Part shown: positions 1 through 9,674 of the stretch, one piece after another
How the letters are laid out: each line of letters begins with the position of its first letter
Numbering within the stretch: the stretch's first letter is position 1
NCBI GenBank assembly: GCA_963664435.2
Contig: CAXXKM010000003.1
Span: forward strand, 1,536,001 to 1,600,000
Length of the DNA stretch: 64,000 bases
Source: Longimicrobiales bacterium
GTDB taxonomy: Bacteria > Gemmatimonadota > Gemmatimonadetes > Longimicrobiales > Gaopeijiaceae
Reading direction: 5' to 3'
Program-made: the position numbers and the translations under genes
The notes under the pieces: generated by a model
What the model was told of the DNA's origin: nothing
Databases searched by the model: none
What the model saw: only the letters and a program-made list of their open reading frames with translations

Positions 1-2
1 AC

Positions 3-248
3 GCCTTCGGCATGACGACCTGGGATCTCGACGACATCTGGAGCCGCTTCGGGCCGAGCCAACATCTTCAGCCCTACGAATCGACATTCGCGGAGTTCAC
101 TCGCCAGTGGAATGTCCGAGCCGGATCCACGTCATACCTGGAGTGGAGTCCAGGCGGTTCGCGGGGGCCCACGTCCATCCGGGTAACGTCCCCGAACGGC
201 GCTTCCATTCCGGACCACATATCGGTATGGGCGTTCCGGGTCCGATGA
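3..248 (+). CDS. hypothetical protein, C-terminal part (runs in from the left edge)
   Basis: Frame is open from position 3 to the stop at 246-248, 13 nt before the GT9 start; no family recognised. Confidence 0.5.
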   Translation, partial: AFGMTTWDLDDIWSRFGPSQHLQPYESTFAEFTRQWNVRAGSTSYLEWSPGGSRGPTSIRVTSPNGASIPDHISVWAFRVR

Positions 249-261
249 GAACAGCCAGCCG

Positions 262-1239
262 ATGCGAAAGCTGATACTCAGGAACTTTCAGTCGCCGGGT
301 GACATCGTGATGCTCACCGCTGCGGTCCGCGACCTGCACAGGTGCTATCCCGAACGTTTCCTGACCGATGTCCGCACTTCCTGTCCCGCGCTCTGGGAGA
401 ACAACCCGCATATCGTGCCGTTGAACGAGGACGACCCGGACGTGGAAGTCGTGGACTGCCACTACCCGCTGATCCACCAGAGCAACCAAAGGCCCTATCA
501 CTTCCTGCACGGCTTCATCCACTATCTGAACGAGCAGCTGGGACTTCGGATCGAGCCGGGGGCGTTCAAGGGAGACATTCACATCTCGGATGGTGAGAAG
601 GAGTGGTTCTCCCGTGTGCAGGAGGCTCACGGGGAGTCCACCCCGTTCTGGATGATCGACGCCGGGGGCAAGTTCGACTACACGATCAAGTGGTGGGATC
701 CGAAACGGTATCAGGCCGTCGTTGATCATTTTCGGGGCCACGTGGAGTTCGTCCAGATCGGGGAGGTCGGACATCAACATCCGCCGCTTGACGGAGTCGT
801 CGACATGAGGGGGCAAACCACCCTTCGCCAACTCGTGCGGCTCATGTATCACGCGCAGGGCGTCCTGACGCCGATCAGTCTGCCGATGCACCTGGCCGCA
901 GCGGTGGAAGTGAAGCCCGGCATGCCGAAGAACCGTCCGTGCGTCGTCGTGGCCGGAGGCCGGGAGCCACCTCACTGGGAGGCCTACCCGCACCACCAGT
1001 TCATTCACACCGTCGGTGCGCTATTGTGTTGCGACAACGGGGGATGCTGGAAGTCGCGAACGGTGCCGCTGGGCGATGGCGACTACAAGGACGGGCCTGA
1101 CGAACTCTGCGTTGACGTGGTGGGCAACCTGCCTCGTTGCATGGACATGATTACCGCGGAAGAAGTGATCCGCCGGATCGAGTGGTACTTCGATGGCGGA
1201 GCGATCGAATACCTGAATCCCCGGTCCCGAGCAGAATAG
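262..1239 (+). CDS. glycosyltransferase family 9 (ADP-heptose heptosyltransferase-like)
   Basis: N-terminal PGDIVMLTAAVRDL, KWW..KRYQAV, DMRGQTTLRQLVRLM, PMHLAAA motifs typical of GT9; Cys-rich C-terminus. Confidence 0.85.
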   Translation: MRKLILRNFQSPGDIVMLTAAVRDLHRCYPERFLTDVRTSCPALWENNPHIVPLNEDDPDVEVVDCHYPLIHQSNQRPYHFLHGFIHYLNEQLGLRIEPGAFKGDIHISDGEKEWFSRVQEAHGESTPFWMIDAGGKFDYTIKWWDPKRYQAVVDHFRGHVEFVQIGEVGHQHPPLDGVVDMRGQTTLRQLVRLMYHAQGVLTPISLPMHLAAAVEVKPGMPKNRPCVVVAGGREPPHWEAYPHHQFIHTVGALLCCDNGGCWKSRTVPLGDGDYKDGPDELCVDVVGNLPRCMDMITAEEVIRRIEWYFDGGAIEYLNPRSRAE

Positions 1240-1252
1240 GTTCCCCCGTCCG

Positions 1253-2083
1253 GTGCAAGGACACCTTCCTCCCGAAGAGCACTTCCTGGGAAAGACTTTT
1301 CCATTCTTTCCGAACCACGAAATCGTGGAGCACATCGGTACGGGGGCAATCGGCCGTGTGTATCGTGCACATGCGGCCCACATAGATGGTGACTTGGCAT
1401 TCAAATTCGTACCAATAGAGAATCTTCCTTCGTATCAACACGAGCCGGACGTTTACCTTGAGGAAGCCAGGAAGGCGAATGTTCTGGAGAATCCATGCGT
1501 CGTCCCGTATCTGGATGTGCGATTCTGGGACGATCCCGTGTTGGGACGCGAGTTCGTGGTGTTTATCCGTCAGTATGTATGGGGCACGTCGTTGGAGCAG
1601 TTCATCTGGTCCAATCGGGGGAATGTGGAGCTGCGGTTTATCGAGCAATTCCTGAGCGCCATGTTCGGTTTGCTCTTTGAGCTCGAACAGCGCGGAATGA
1701 TTCACGGAGACATTCACGCGGACAATGTGCTGGTAACACGCTCGCGGTACAATCTCAGAGGAGATGTGCAGTTTAGAGTTATGGATTTCAAGCCAACAGG
1801 ACACGGGGAACCCAGTGACTACCTGGGCATTGCGCTTTCGCTGAAGAGACTGTTGGAATGCGTCAGTTACGAGGAACAGCAACTTCGGGATCGTTACGTC
1901 TTTGAAGTGCTGCGAAACGACTTCCTGGGCCGATATCTTCTGGCCGAGTCGAACCCGGCAGCGGATGACCGTGCCTTCAGTCCGCGCCAATTGCAGAGCA
2001 AGCTGGACAGTGTTGACGAGATGTTCGCCGCTGCGAGCGCGTCCCGAGGACCGGAAGCAGCTGTTCGATCTGTTCGTCGCTGA
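1253..2083 (+). CDS. Hanks-type Ser/Thr protein kinase domain protein (atypical, possibly truncated)
   Basis: IGTGAIGRVY Gly-loop, AFK lysine, EEA helix-C, HGDIHADNVLV catalytic loop, DFK in place of DFG; visibly lower GC than the flanks. Confidence 0.75.
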   Translation: MQGHLPPEEHFLGKTFPFFPNHEIVEHIGTGAIGRVYRAHAAHIDGDLAFKFVPIENLPSYQHEPDVYLEEARKANVLENPCVVPYLDVRFWDDPVLGREFVVFIRQYVWGTSLEQFIWSNRGNVELRFIEQFLSAMFGLLFELEQRGMIHGDIHADNVLVTRSRYNLRGDVQFRVMDFKPTGHGEPSDYLGIALSLKRLLECVSYEEQQLRDRYVFEVLRNDFLGRYLLAESNPAADDRAFSPRQLQSKLDSVDEMFAAASASRGPEAAVRSVRR

Positions 2084-2225
2084 GACCTCGCGACCAGCTT
2101 CGCGCAACGGAGCGAGCGGTGAATGGACCTGGTGCTATCGACCAAGGCCACTCAGGAGAGGTTCCGCCAGGCCTCGAGCGCGCCGACCACCTCCTCGGGC
2201 GCCGCAGTGGCGGGTCCCGCCGCCC

Positions 2226-2571
2226 AGGCTGATGGCCGCGACGGCGAAGGCGGCCCCCCAACCTCAAGCGGCTGGCGGGCAGTGCGCGAGGGGGCCGGGA
2301 GCTGGCGAAGCCGGTCCTGCACTACTCGCTCAGTTGGGCGAGGGACGAAACGCCCGACAGGCGGGAGATGAGCCGGGCGATGGACGGGAGCCTGGAGGTG
2401 CTGGGGCTGGAGGGCCACGAGGCGCTGATCGTCGCGCACGACGACACCCGCCACCCGCATGTCCACGTCATCGCCAACCGTGTCGATCCGGAGACCGGGA
2501 AGGCCGCGACGCCGGGCAACAGCAAGCTCCGGCTGTCGCGCTGGGCCGAGGGCTACGAGCGGGACCAAGGA
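2226..2571 (+). pseudogene. MobP/VirD2-like relaxase fragment, frameshifted
   Basis: RLMAATAKAAP, +1 shift at the C6 run 2254-2259, then NLKRLAG..KPVLHYSLSW..EM..ALIVAHDDTRHPHVHVIANRVDPETG (3H motif); N-terminal catalytic Tyr region and C-terminus are missing. Confidence 0.8.
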
Positions 2572-2653
2572 TCCCGAAGGCGGACCGGGGGGTCGGTTTC
2601 CCGCCCCCCCGGCCGCGGGGCGAAACCTCGACCGCCTACGCTCTACGGGCCGT

Positions 2654-3799
2654 TCACCAATTGGTGGACCGTTCGTCGTGGGCGTGGTCGGGAAGCCGGT
2701 AGCTGAGACCGGCCTCTTCATAGGCCGACGCCCCAAGAAGGTCCGCAAAAACCCCGAATCCTCCCTTCCTTGTCCAGGCCTTGATCCGCTGCATGTGCTG
2801 GTCGATCCGGTACGCGAGCAAGGGGAACGGCATGCCCCTCGTCCTGGGGAACCTCAGCTGGTCGGAAAGACCCTTGCCCACGAGCGCCCGGGAAACCGGG
2901 TAGATGACCTTGTTCACCAGCTTGCGGCGCTCCGCCGGATCATCGATGTTCGCGACCAGCGGGGCGGAGTTGATCAGCGCATTGGTCATGAGGATCGCGT
3001 CATCGGTCGGAGGAGGCTCGCAAACGGAGCCGATCCGGTACAGGTGCAGCGCGTGCTGCTCGTCGGTGAAGAGGATGGATTCCGGGATGCCCATGAGGTA
3101 GCCGGCGTAACGCCACACGTCATGGAAGCCGGCACGCTCCTCCGGGCTGTACCGCGCGCCCAGCGACTCCGAGTGCTTGACGGTGCGGGCCGCGAAGCAG
3201 GCGACCGCGTAGCCCATGTGCGCGGCGCTGATCGGCACGCCCCACGCGTCGTGCTCCCATTCCTCCGTCTGTCCCAGCAGCATCCGAACCTGCGCGTGGA
3301 CGAACCGGATGCGGACCGACAGCTTCCACCCCTCGCCGAATCGCTCCAGCCCGCCGGGCAGGAAGATCTCCACCTGATGGCGGTTGTTCTGCTTGAGCCG
3401 CCAGACACCATTGTCGAATATCCGCCCGGTCTGCACGAACGACTTGCTTATCAGCGTCGAGAAGCCGTCGATCAGTACCCCCGCCACGAAGGCCGAGAGG
3501 ACGAGGACGGAGTTTCTCTGAAAGGACCGGATGCCCGGTTGAAAGGCATCGCGATCCAGCCAGTCCGGATCGGGCTGCGGCGCGTTCCTGAGACCGGCGC
3601 GATCCTCCTCCATCCCCGCGTGAATGAACTCGTGGACCCGGCGCTGAGGCAGCGATGCCAGGTCCTCCACGATCGCGTCCATGACCGGATCGCCGATATG
3701 GGTGTGCGCGATGTAGTTGTCCGCGGTCTCCCGGTCGAGCGCACGCGCCTCGGCGTAGCCGTCGACATAGGCTGAGGGCGGGGCGGGGACGTTCTTCAC
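2654..3799 (-). CDS. oxygenase MpaB / DUF2236 (Lcp-like heme oxygenase fold) family protein
   Basis: IGDPVMD, VRIRFVHAQVR, WGVPIS and WRYAGYLMGI motifs. Confidence 0.8.
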   Translation of the reverse strand: MKNVPAPPSAYVDGYAEARALDRETADNYIAHTHIGDPVMDAIVEDLASLPQRRVHEFIHAGMEEDRAGLRNAPQPDPDWLDRDAFQPGIRSFQRNSVLVLSAFVAGVLIDGFSTLISKSFVQTGRIFDNGVWRLKQNNRHQVEIFLPGGLERFGEGWKLSVRIRFVHAQVRMLLGQTEEWEHDAWGVPISAAHMGYAVACFAARTVKHSESLGARYSPEERAGFHDVWRYAGYLMGIPESILFTDEQHALHLYRIGSVCEPPPTDDAILMTNALINSAPLVANIDDPAERRKLVNKVIYPVSRALVGKGLSDQLRFPRTRGMPFPLLAYRIDQHMQRIKAWTRKGGFGVFADLLGASAYEEAGLSYRLPDHAHDERSTNW

Positions 3800-4176
3800 C
3801 GGTTCCTGGAACCCGCCCGCCAGCCACGAAGACTAAGCCGCCCCCGCCTCACGAACACTCCCAGGATGCTCTTCTTCGCTCCATCAGTATCATCGGCCCA
3901 TGCCCCCGACCGCTCGGGACAGCCCCCTAGACTTCGTCACCTTAGTCCTCACGCCCAAGTAAGATCATCGTCGTGTCAACCCCTGTCTCGGTGGCTTTGG
4001 GTTCGGGTGTGTTGGGAATCGGCCTGCGCGGACCGGCCGATACGCGAAGCCCGTCGAGGGACGGCGCCGCCCGCGACGAGCCGGTATTGGAGTCGGCACG
4101 AAATCTAGTGGCTTCTATCGTCATGTGCGACCGGCTGCCGACCGTACTCACGACGAGCACTCGTCGGACTGGCAGG

Positions 4177-7100
4177 TCAGGCCCCGGCGCCCCTCCAGGC
4201 CGCAATCGAGGACTGGGCCATCAGCAGCGCCGGGATCACGAGCATGAGCAGCGCGGTGGCGATCAGGATCCCGAACCCCACGGATGCGGCCAGCGGAACC
4301 AGGTGCTGAGCGTGGGTGCTGGTCTCGAAGACCAGCGGGGCGACACCCACGAACGTCGTCACGGAAGTCAGCAGGATGGCGCGGAAGCGGTCCTTGGCCC
4401 CGGTGACGATCGCGTCTCGCACCGGGAGCCCGGACGCCTTCAGGTCGTTGATGAACTTGATCATCATCAGTGAGTCGTTGACGACCACCCCGCTCACCCC
4501 GATCAGCCCGTACATCGACCAGATGCCCAGGCTCAGCCCGAGCAGCATGTGCCCTGCGACGGCGCCGATCAATCCCAGCGGCACCGCGGCCAGGATGATC
4601 AGCGGCTGGGTGTAGGAACCGAAGGGAATCGCCATCAGCGCGTACATGACGAGGAGCGCCAGGAAGAGCGAGCGGCCCAGATCGGCATTGGCCTCCTCCT
4701 GCTGCTTGCGCTGGCCGCCGAAGGTGTACTCGAAGAGGCGGTCCTGGGCCGACAGGCGCTCCAGGATGCCGCCCTCGAGGCTCCGGTTGACCTGTTGTCC
4801 GGTCGCGAGCACCGGATCGACGTCCGCGGTGACCGTGACGGCGCGGCGCCCGTCCATGCGGTTGATGGTGGCCGCGGACTGCGCGAAACCGGCCGACGCC
4901 ACCTGATTCAGCGGAACCTCGCCGCCGGGCGTGCGCACCAGATAGCGCTCCACGTCGGCAGCGGAATTGCGCTCCTCTTCGGGAAGGCGCACGTACACAG
5001 CCACGTCCTCGCGCCCGCGCTGCACCCTGAGCGCCTCGGCTCCAAAAAAGGCAGAGCGAACCTGCGACGCGAAATGGCCAACCGTCAGATTCAGCGTGCG
5101 GGCCGCCGGCTTCAGCTCCAGCTGCAATTCCCGGAACCCTTCGTCGAGGTTGCTGCGCACGTCGAAGACACCGTCGAAGCCGCTCAACTCGGCGACGAAC
5201 TCGTCCGCGATCACGGCGAGCCGTTCGGGGTCCGGATGCGAAAGCTCGAAGTGAACGGGAAGTCCGAGCGTGAGCATGTTCGAGGAAATCGACAGCGATC
5301 TCGCTGCCGGGAGCGCGCCGACCTCCTCCCGCCATAGCCGCTCAAAGGTGGATGGGGCGATGTCGTGGCGCTCCCAGTCGATGAGCTTGAACTGGACGGT
5401 GCCCAGGTGGCCCCGTGCGGCCTCCACGGCGTTGCCCCCCAGGGGGTCGTAGAGTGCCGCCGGCTGGCCGACCGTCAGGGCGACGCCGACCTCCAGCGGG
5501 TCCGCATCCGCATCCCGCTCCCGCGAGATGCGCTCCACGGCGCGACGCCCGGCAGCCTCCAGCTGCGCCGCCACGGCGGACGTCCGCTCCCCCGGCGTGC
5601 CGACCGGCATCTCCAGGTTGGCGGAGACGACCTCACCCTCGATGGGGGTCAGGAACTGGTTGGGGACCACGCCCGCGCTGACGGCCGCCATCGTGAGCAC
5701 GAGCAGTCCGGCCGCCGAGGCGAGCACGATCGAGGGTTGATCGACCGCCAGGCGCAGTCCACGGTCCAGCGGACCATCCACGACCCGCTTCAGCAGGACA
5801 TCCACTCGTCCACGGACGCGGCTGAGCCGCCGGGAGAGCCAGCCCTCGTCGGAGGCGCCCGGTGCGGGCAGGTGGGACAGGTGGTTCGGCAGCACCAGCA
5901 GCGATTCCACCAGCGATATCAGGAGGACCGTGATCACCACCAGCGGAATCGGGCGACCGAGTTCGCCTTGCGGACCGGGGGCGGACAGCAACGCGGCGAA
6001 CGCCGTCACGGTGGTAAGCACCGAGAAGATGACCGGCGCACTGACCCGCCGGGTGCCCTGGATCGCCGCGGCAACCCCGCCAACGCCGCGCTCTCGCTGG
6101 GTGAAGACGCTTTCCCCTACCACGATCGCGTCGTCCACGACGATCCCCAACGCGAGAACGAGCGCCATCAACGAGAACATGTTGACCGAGACGCCCAGGA
6201 ACCCCATGAACAGGAAGGCCCCGATGAACGAGATCGCCAGGCCTGTGGCCACCCACAGCGCCAGCCGAACCTCGAGGAACAGGGTGAGCGCCACGAGCAC
6301 GAGCGCCAGCCCCAGCAGCGCGTTCTCGATCATCAGGCCGAGCCTTCCCGAGACCTCAACCGAGTCGTCCTTCCAGATCTCGACGCCAACCCCGGCCGGA
6401 AGGGCGGGGAGAACTTCGCTTGTCAGATGCTCCCTGACGGCTTCCGCGATTTCGAGGACTTTCTCGTTCGAGGCGCGGTATACATCGATGCCGACCGCCT
6501 TCCTGCCGTTGTAGCGCAGGCTGAGATCGGTGTCCGCGAACCCGTCCCGTACGGTTGCGATCTCGTTCAGGCGAACCGATGTCCCATTCGGACGGGTCAG
6601 GACGATGATGTCCTCGAAGTCGCCCTGGTCGTAGTTCCTGCCCAGCGTGCGGACGAGGATTTCATCCTCGCCGGTGGAGAGCGTGCCGGCCGACAGCTCC
6701 ATCGAACCCTGCCGCACCGCCAGGGCGATATCCTCGAGCGTGAGACCCAGAGCCCGCAGCCGGCTCAACGGTACCTCGATCGAAACCTCGTATGGCCGCG
6801 CACCGCTGACTTCGGCCAGCGACACCTCCGGCAGGGACGAGATTCCCTCCTCGATGTCGTACGCCAGTTCCTTGAGGGCGCGCTCCGGAGCATCGCCGTG
6901 GACCAGCAGGCGGATGACGTTCTGCCGGCTCGTGATCTCGCGCACCTGAGGTCGCTCCGCCCCCTCGGGGAAGGTGATGATGCGGTCGACCTCCGCCTTG
7001 ACCTCGTTGATCGCGCGATCAACGTCGGTGCCCGACTTGAACTGCGCGATGACGGACCCCAGGCCCTCGGAAGCGGTCGCTTCCAACCGGTCCAGGCCCT

Positions 7101-7368
7101 CCACGCCCCGGATCTGCTCCTCGACTTTTCTGACGATCGATTCCTCGATCTCGCCGGGGGTCGCGCCGGGATACGCGACGAGGATCTGAACTCGATCCAG
7201 GGAGAGCTCGGGAAGAACCTCCTGAACCAGGTTCCTCGCTGCCGCGAGGCCGGCGAGCACCAGAAACAGCATGAGAACGTTCGCCGCCACGCTGTTTCGG
7301 GCCATGAAGGCGATCGGCCCGGGGCGACCGCCGGTCACGTTCGGCTGATCCACCCCCTCAAGGGTCAA
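4177..7368 (-). CDS. RND efflux transporter permease subunit (AcrB/AcrD/AcrF family)
   Basis: 1063 aa; YPGATPGEIEE, GIVVDDAIVVGE, GVVVNDS and RFRAILLTSVTT motifs; start codon uncertain (7368, 7353 or 7305). Confidence 0.95.
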   Translation of the reverse strand: MTLEGVDQPNVTGGRPGPIAFMARNSVAANVLMLFLVLAGLAAARNLVQEVLPELSLDRVQILVAYPGATPGEIEESIVRKVEEQIRGVEGLDRLEATASEGLGSVIAQFKSGTDVDRAINEVKAEVDRIITFPEGAERPQVREITSRQNVIRLLVHGDAPERALKELAYDIEEGISSLPEVSLAEVSGARPYEVSIEVPLSRLRALGLTLEDIALAVRQGSMELSAGTLSTGEDEILVRTLGRNYDQGDFEDIIVLTRPNGTSVRLNEIATVRDGFADTDLSLRYNGRKAVGIDVYRASNEKVLEIAEAVREHLTSEVLPALPAGVGVEIWKDDSVEVSGRLGLMIENALLGLALVLVALTLFLEVRLALWVATGLAISFIGAFLFMGFLGVSVNMFSLMALVLALGIVVDDAIVVGESVFTQRERGVGGVAAAIQGTRRVSAPVIFSVLTTVTAFAALLSAPGPQGELGRPIPLVVITVLLISLVESLLVLPNHLSHLPAPGASDEGWLSRRLSRVRGRVDVLLKRVVDGPLDRGLRLAVDQPSIVLASAAGLLVLTMAAVSAGVVPNQFLTPIEGEVVSANLEMPVGTPGERTSAVAAQLEAAGRRAVERISRERDADADPLEVGVALTVGQPAALYDPLGGNAVEAARGHLGTVQFKLIDWERHDIAPSTFERLWREEVGALPAARSLSISSNMLTLGLPVHFELSHPDPERLAVIADEFVAELSGFDGVFDVRSNLDEGFRELQLELKPAARTLNLTVGHFASQVRSAFFGAEALRVQRGREDVAVYVRLPEEERNSAADVERYLVRTPGGEVPLNQVASAGFAQSAATINRMDGRRAVTVTADVDPVLATGQQVNRSLEGGILERLSAQDRLFEYTFGGQRKQQEEANADLGRSLFLALLVMYALMAIPFGSYTQPLIILAAVPLGLIGAVAGHMLLGLSLGIWSMYGLIGVSGVVVNDSLMMIKFINDLKASGLPVRDAIVTGAKDRFRAILLTSVTTFVGVAPLVFETSTHAQHLVPLAASVGFGILIATALLMLVIPALLMAQSSIAAWRGAGA

Positions 7369-7516
7369 GGGCCACCCGCTCGCTTCCCGCGAGGCGGGAG
7401 CTGTCCAGAGCGCGCGCGCGAAGGCGATCCACCAACCGTGAGGGGTACTCGGCGTCGATTACGGGTTGGACCTGGGTCTTGAGGCCGAAGCCCTTCCGGA
7501 AGAAGGTCTGTTCCAT
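7358..7516 (-). pseudogene. ispH: 5' fragment of 4-hydroxy-3-methylbut-2-enyl diphosphate reductase (IspH) fused to unrelated sequence
   Basis: MEQTFFRKGFGLKTQVQPVIDAEYPSRLVDRLRAR resembles the RKGFG.K...EY.S...L N-terminal segment of long-type IspH/HDR; the following GFCxGV motif is absent and the ORF stops after 52 aa. Confidence 0.6.
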
Positions 7517-7642
7517 GGCGCTTCCAGGATGCCGACGCGGAAGGTGACGGGGAGCCACCCACTGCAAGAAAACGAAGACACCGCCCGCAATCAAGGAAGC
7601 GACTCATGGCAGGTCAAAACCGGCACGGACCGGGGGAGACCG

Positions 7643-8887
7643 TCACGAGCCAGGGGAGTGACCCCTCGGCCGTCCACTCTCGCGCCACCTCCTCCTCGTC
7701 ATCCGATCCACCGTGGTCGCGGCCGCCATGTGGGCGATCACGTTGGTGGCGGAACGGAACACGTCCGGCACGCGGTCGATCCCGAGCAGGATGCCGAGCC
7801 CGGCGACCGGAACTCCCACGACGTCGAGGGCGGGGGCCATGGTCACGATGCTGGCGCTGGGCACCGGCGCAACCGTCATCGAGGCGAGGAAGATCGCCAG
7901 CACGGCCGCCGCAACCAGCCCCGCGTCGAGCGGCACCCCGTACATGGCGGCGAGGAACACCAGCGACGTGCTCTGAAAAAGGGCGCTGCCCGGGCGATTG
8001 ATCGAGGCCGCGAGCGGGAGGACAAGCGAGAACGTGCTCTTCGACAGGCCCAGTTTCTCCGCCTCCTGCAGCATCATCGGAAGCGTCCCCACCGACGTCG
8101 TCGTGGTGAAGCCCACCGTGTAGGTGCCCACGGTCCCCCGCATGAACCGGCCCGGTCCCATCCCGCCGAAGATGCGGACCATCGGCAGGAGCACGACGCC
8201 CTTCAGGATGAAGAAGCCCGCGACCACGGCGACGATGAACACGGCGAGGTTCTGAAGCATCGCCATCCCCGTCTGCGCGATCACCGGCGCCGCGAGACCG
8301 AAGACCCCCACGGGCGCCGTCCACAGGATCCAGGTCATGAGCCTGATGAGCGCGTCCCCGACCGTTTCGGCGAGCGACGTGAGCGCCTCACGCTTGTCCT
8401 CCGGCAGAGTCGTCGCCGCCGCGGCAAGCAGGACGACGAAGATGAGCAGCGAGAGAAGGGAACCGTCGGCTGCGGCCTGGATCGGATTCCGCGGGACCAG
8501 GTTGACGAGGAAGGCGACCACGCCCGGTGTCGCCGTGTCCAGTTCCGTGACGGGGGTCGGCGGCGGCACCGGCGTCGTGAAGGTGAGCGCGAGGCTCATC
8601 ACGCCCATCCCGATCAGGATCGCCGGAAGCGTCGTGATCCAGAAGAAGCCCACCGCGAGGCCCCCCAGCCGACCCAGCCTGCGCAGGTTGCCGATCCGCG
8701 CCACACCCACGAACACGACTGCCGCCACCAGCGGGATGACGACCATCTGGATCGCGCGCAGGAAGACTTCCCCCAGCGGCGCCACCGCCTCGGCAGCCTG
8801 CAGCAGCGCGGGAGATCCGGTCGCCGAGGCCGCGATCCCGAGCCCCAGCCCGAGGACCAGCCCGACGAGGATTGCGCGGGTGTTCAT
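7643..8887 (-). CDS. dicarboxylate/amino acid:cation symporter (DAACS, GltP family)
   Basis: FLRAIQMVVIPLV, LVPRNPI, FTTTTSVGTLP, LAASINRPGSAL and GIDRVPDVFRSATNV motifs. Confidence 0.92.
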   Translation of the reverse strand: MNTRAILVGLVLGLGLGIAASATGSPALLQAAEAVAPLGEVFLRAIQMVVIPLVAAVVFVGVARIGNLRRLGRLGGLAVGFFWITTLPAILIGMGVMSLALTFTTPVPPPTPVTELDTATPGVVAFLVNLVPRNPIQAAADGSLLSLLIFVVLLAAAATTLPEDKREALTSLAETVGDALIRLMTWILWTAPVGVFGLAAPVIAQTGMAMLQNLAVFIVAVVAGFFILKGVVLLPMVRIFGGMGPGRFMRGTVGTYTVGFTTTTSVGTLPMMLQEAEKLGLSKSTFSLVLPLAASINRPGSALFQSTSLVFLAAMYGVPLDAGLVAAAVLAIFLASMTVAPVPSASIVTMAPALDVVGVPVAGLGILLGIDRVPDVFRSATNVIAHMAAATTVDRMTRRRWRESGRPRGHSPGS

Positions 8888-8912
8888 GGTGTGCTCACCG
8901 GTCTGCCCCGAG

Positions 8913-9419
8913 TCAGTCCGAGGATCGATCCAGCACCCGGTCCCCGATCATGTGCGTCGCGTGCTCCCACTCCTCCTGCGGAGCCGGCCAGGCGCGGTCC
9001 CGCACCCGCCGAAGATAGGTGATCTGCGCCAGGTGGTAGAGGTAGTGCTGCGCCATGTGGATGACGTCGGGGCCGAGCTGGGAGGTCGTCTTGCCATCCA
9101 GCGACGTGCGCTCGGCGAACAGGTCGGCATCGCTCTCGCACGCCCTCACCTCGGCGATGATCTGCTCCTGGATCGTGCGCATGCGGGCGGCGATCTCGTC
9201 CGCCGGCCCGGGGCGATCCTCCGTGATCACGGGGACGATGCCCAGCCGTTTGAGGAACCAGATGTCGACCCGGTAGAGGTGCCGGCAGATCTTGCCGACG
9301 CCCCGCACCTTCTCGCTCGGACTCCAGTCCAGGTCCTCCCGGGAGATGCCGTCGAGCACCGTGAACAGCGGCTGGCGCGCGGCTTCGAAGATCTCGATGG
9401 TCTCGGCAATCTTGCTCAT
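8913..9419 (-). CDS. DinB/YfiT family protein
   Basis: 168 aa from ATG 9419; EDLDWSP..VGKICRHL and HMAQHYLYHLAQI His-triad pattern. Confidence 0.8.
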   Translation of the reverse strand: MSKIAETIEIFEAARQPLFTVLDGISREDLDWSPSEKVRGVGKICRHLYRVDIWFLKRLGIVPVITEDRPGPADEIAARMRTIQEQIIAEVRACESDADLFAERTSLDGKTTSQLGPDVIHMAQHYLYHLAQITYLRRVRDRAWPAPQEEWEHATHMIGDRVLDRSSD

Positions 9420-9674
9420 CGGCGTGGGGCCTCTCATGTCCGGACGCTGTGGCGTGATGCCATCGCAAGCGTCGGAATCGCGGGTTTCGCCCTGATTCGG
9501 TCGTTGGATGCGGAGGAAACTGCGGTTGTCCCGACTCTCGCGCCAGCGTACGATCAACCAGTCGGAAGAGGTGATCCTGGTCGCGCATCGGCGAGCTTGG
9601 CCTGGCTGGTGCGACGCGGGATCCCGCCATGCACAGCACATCCCACCATGGACCTCAGCGGGAAGGGAGGACAC

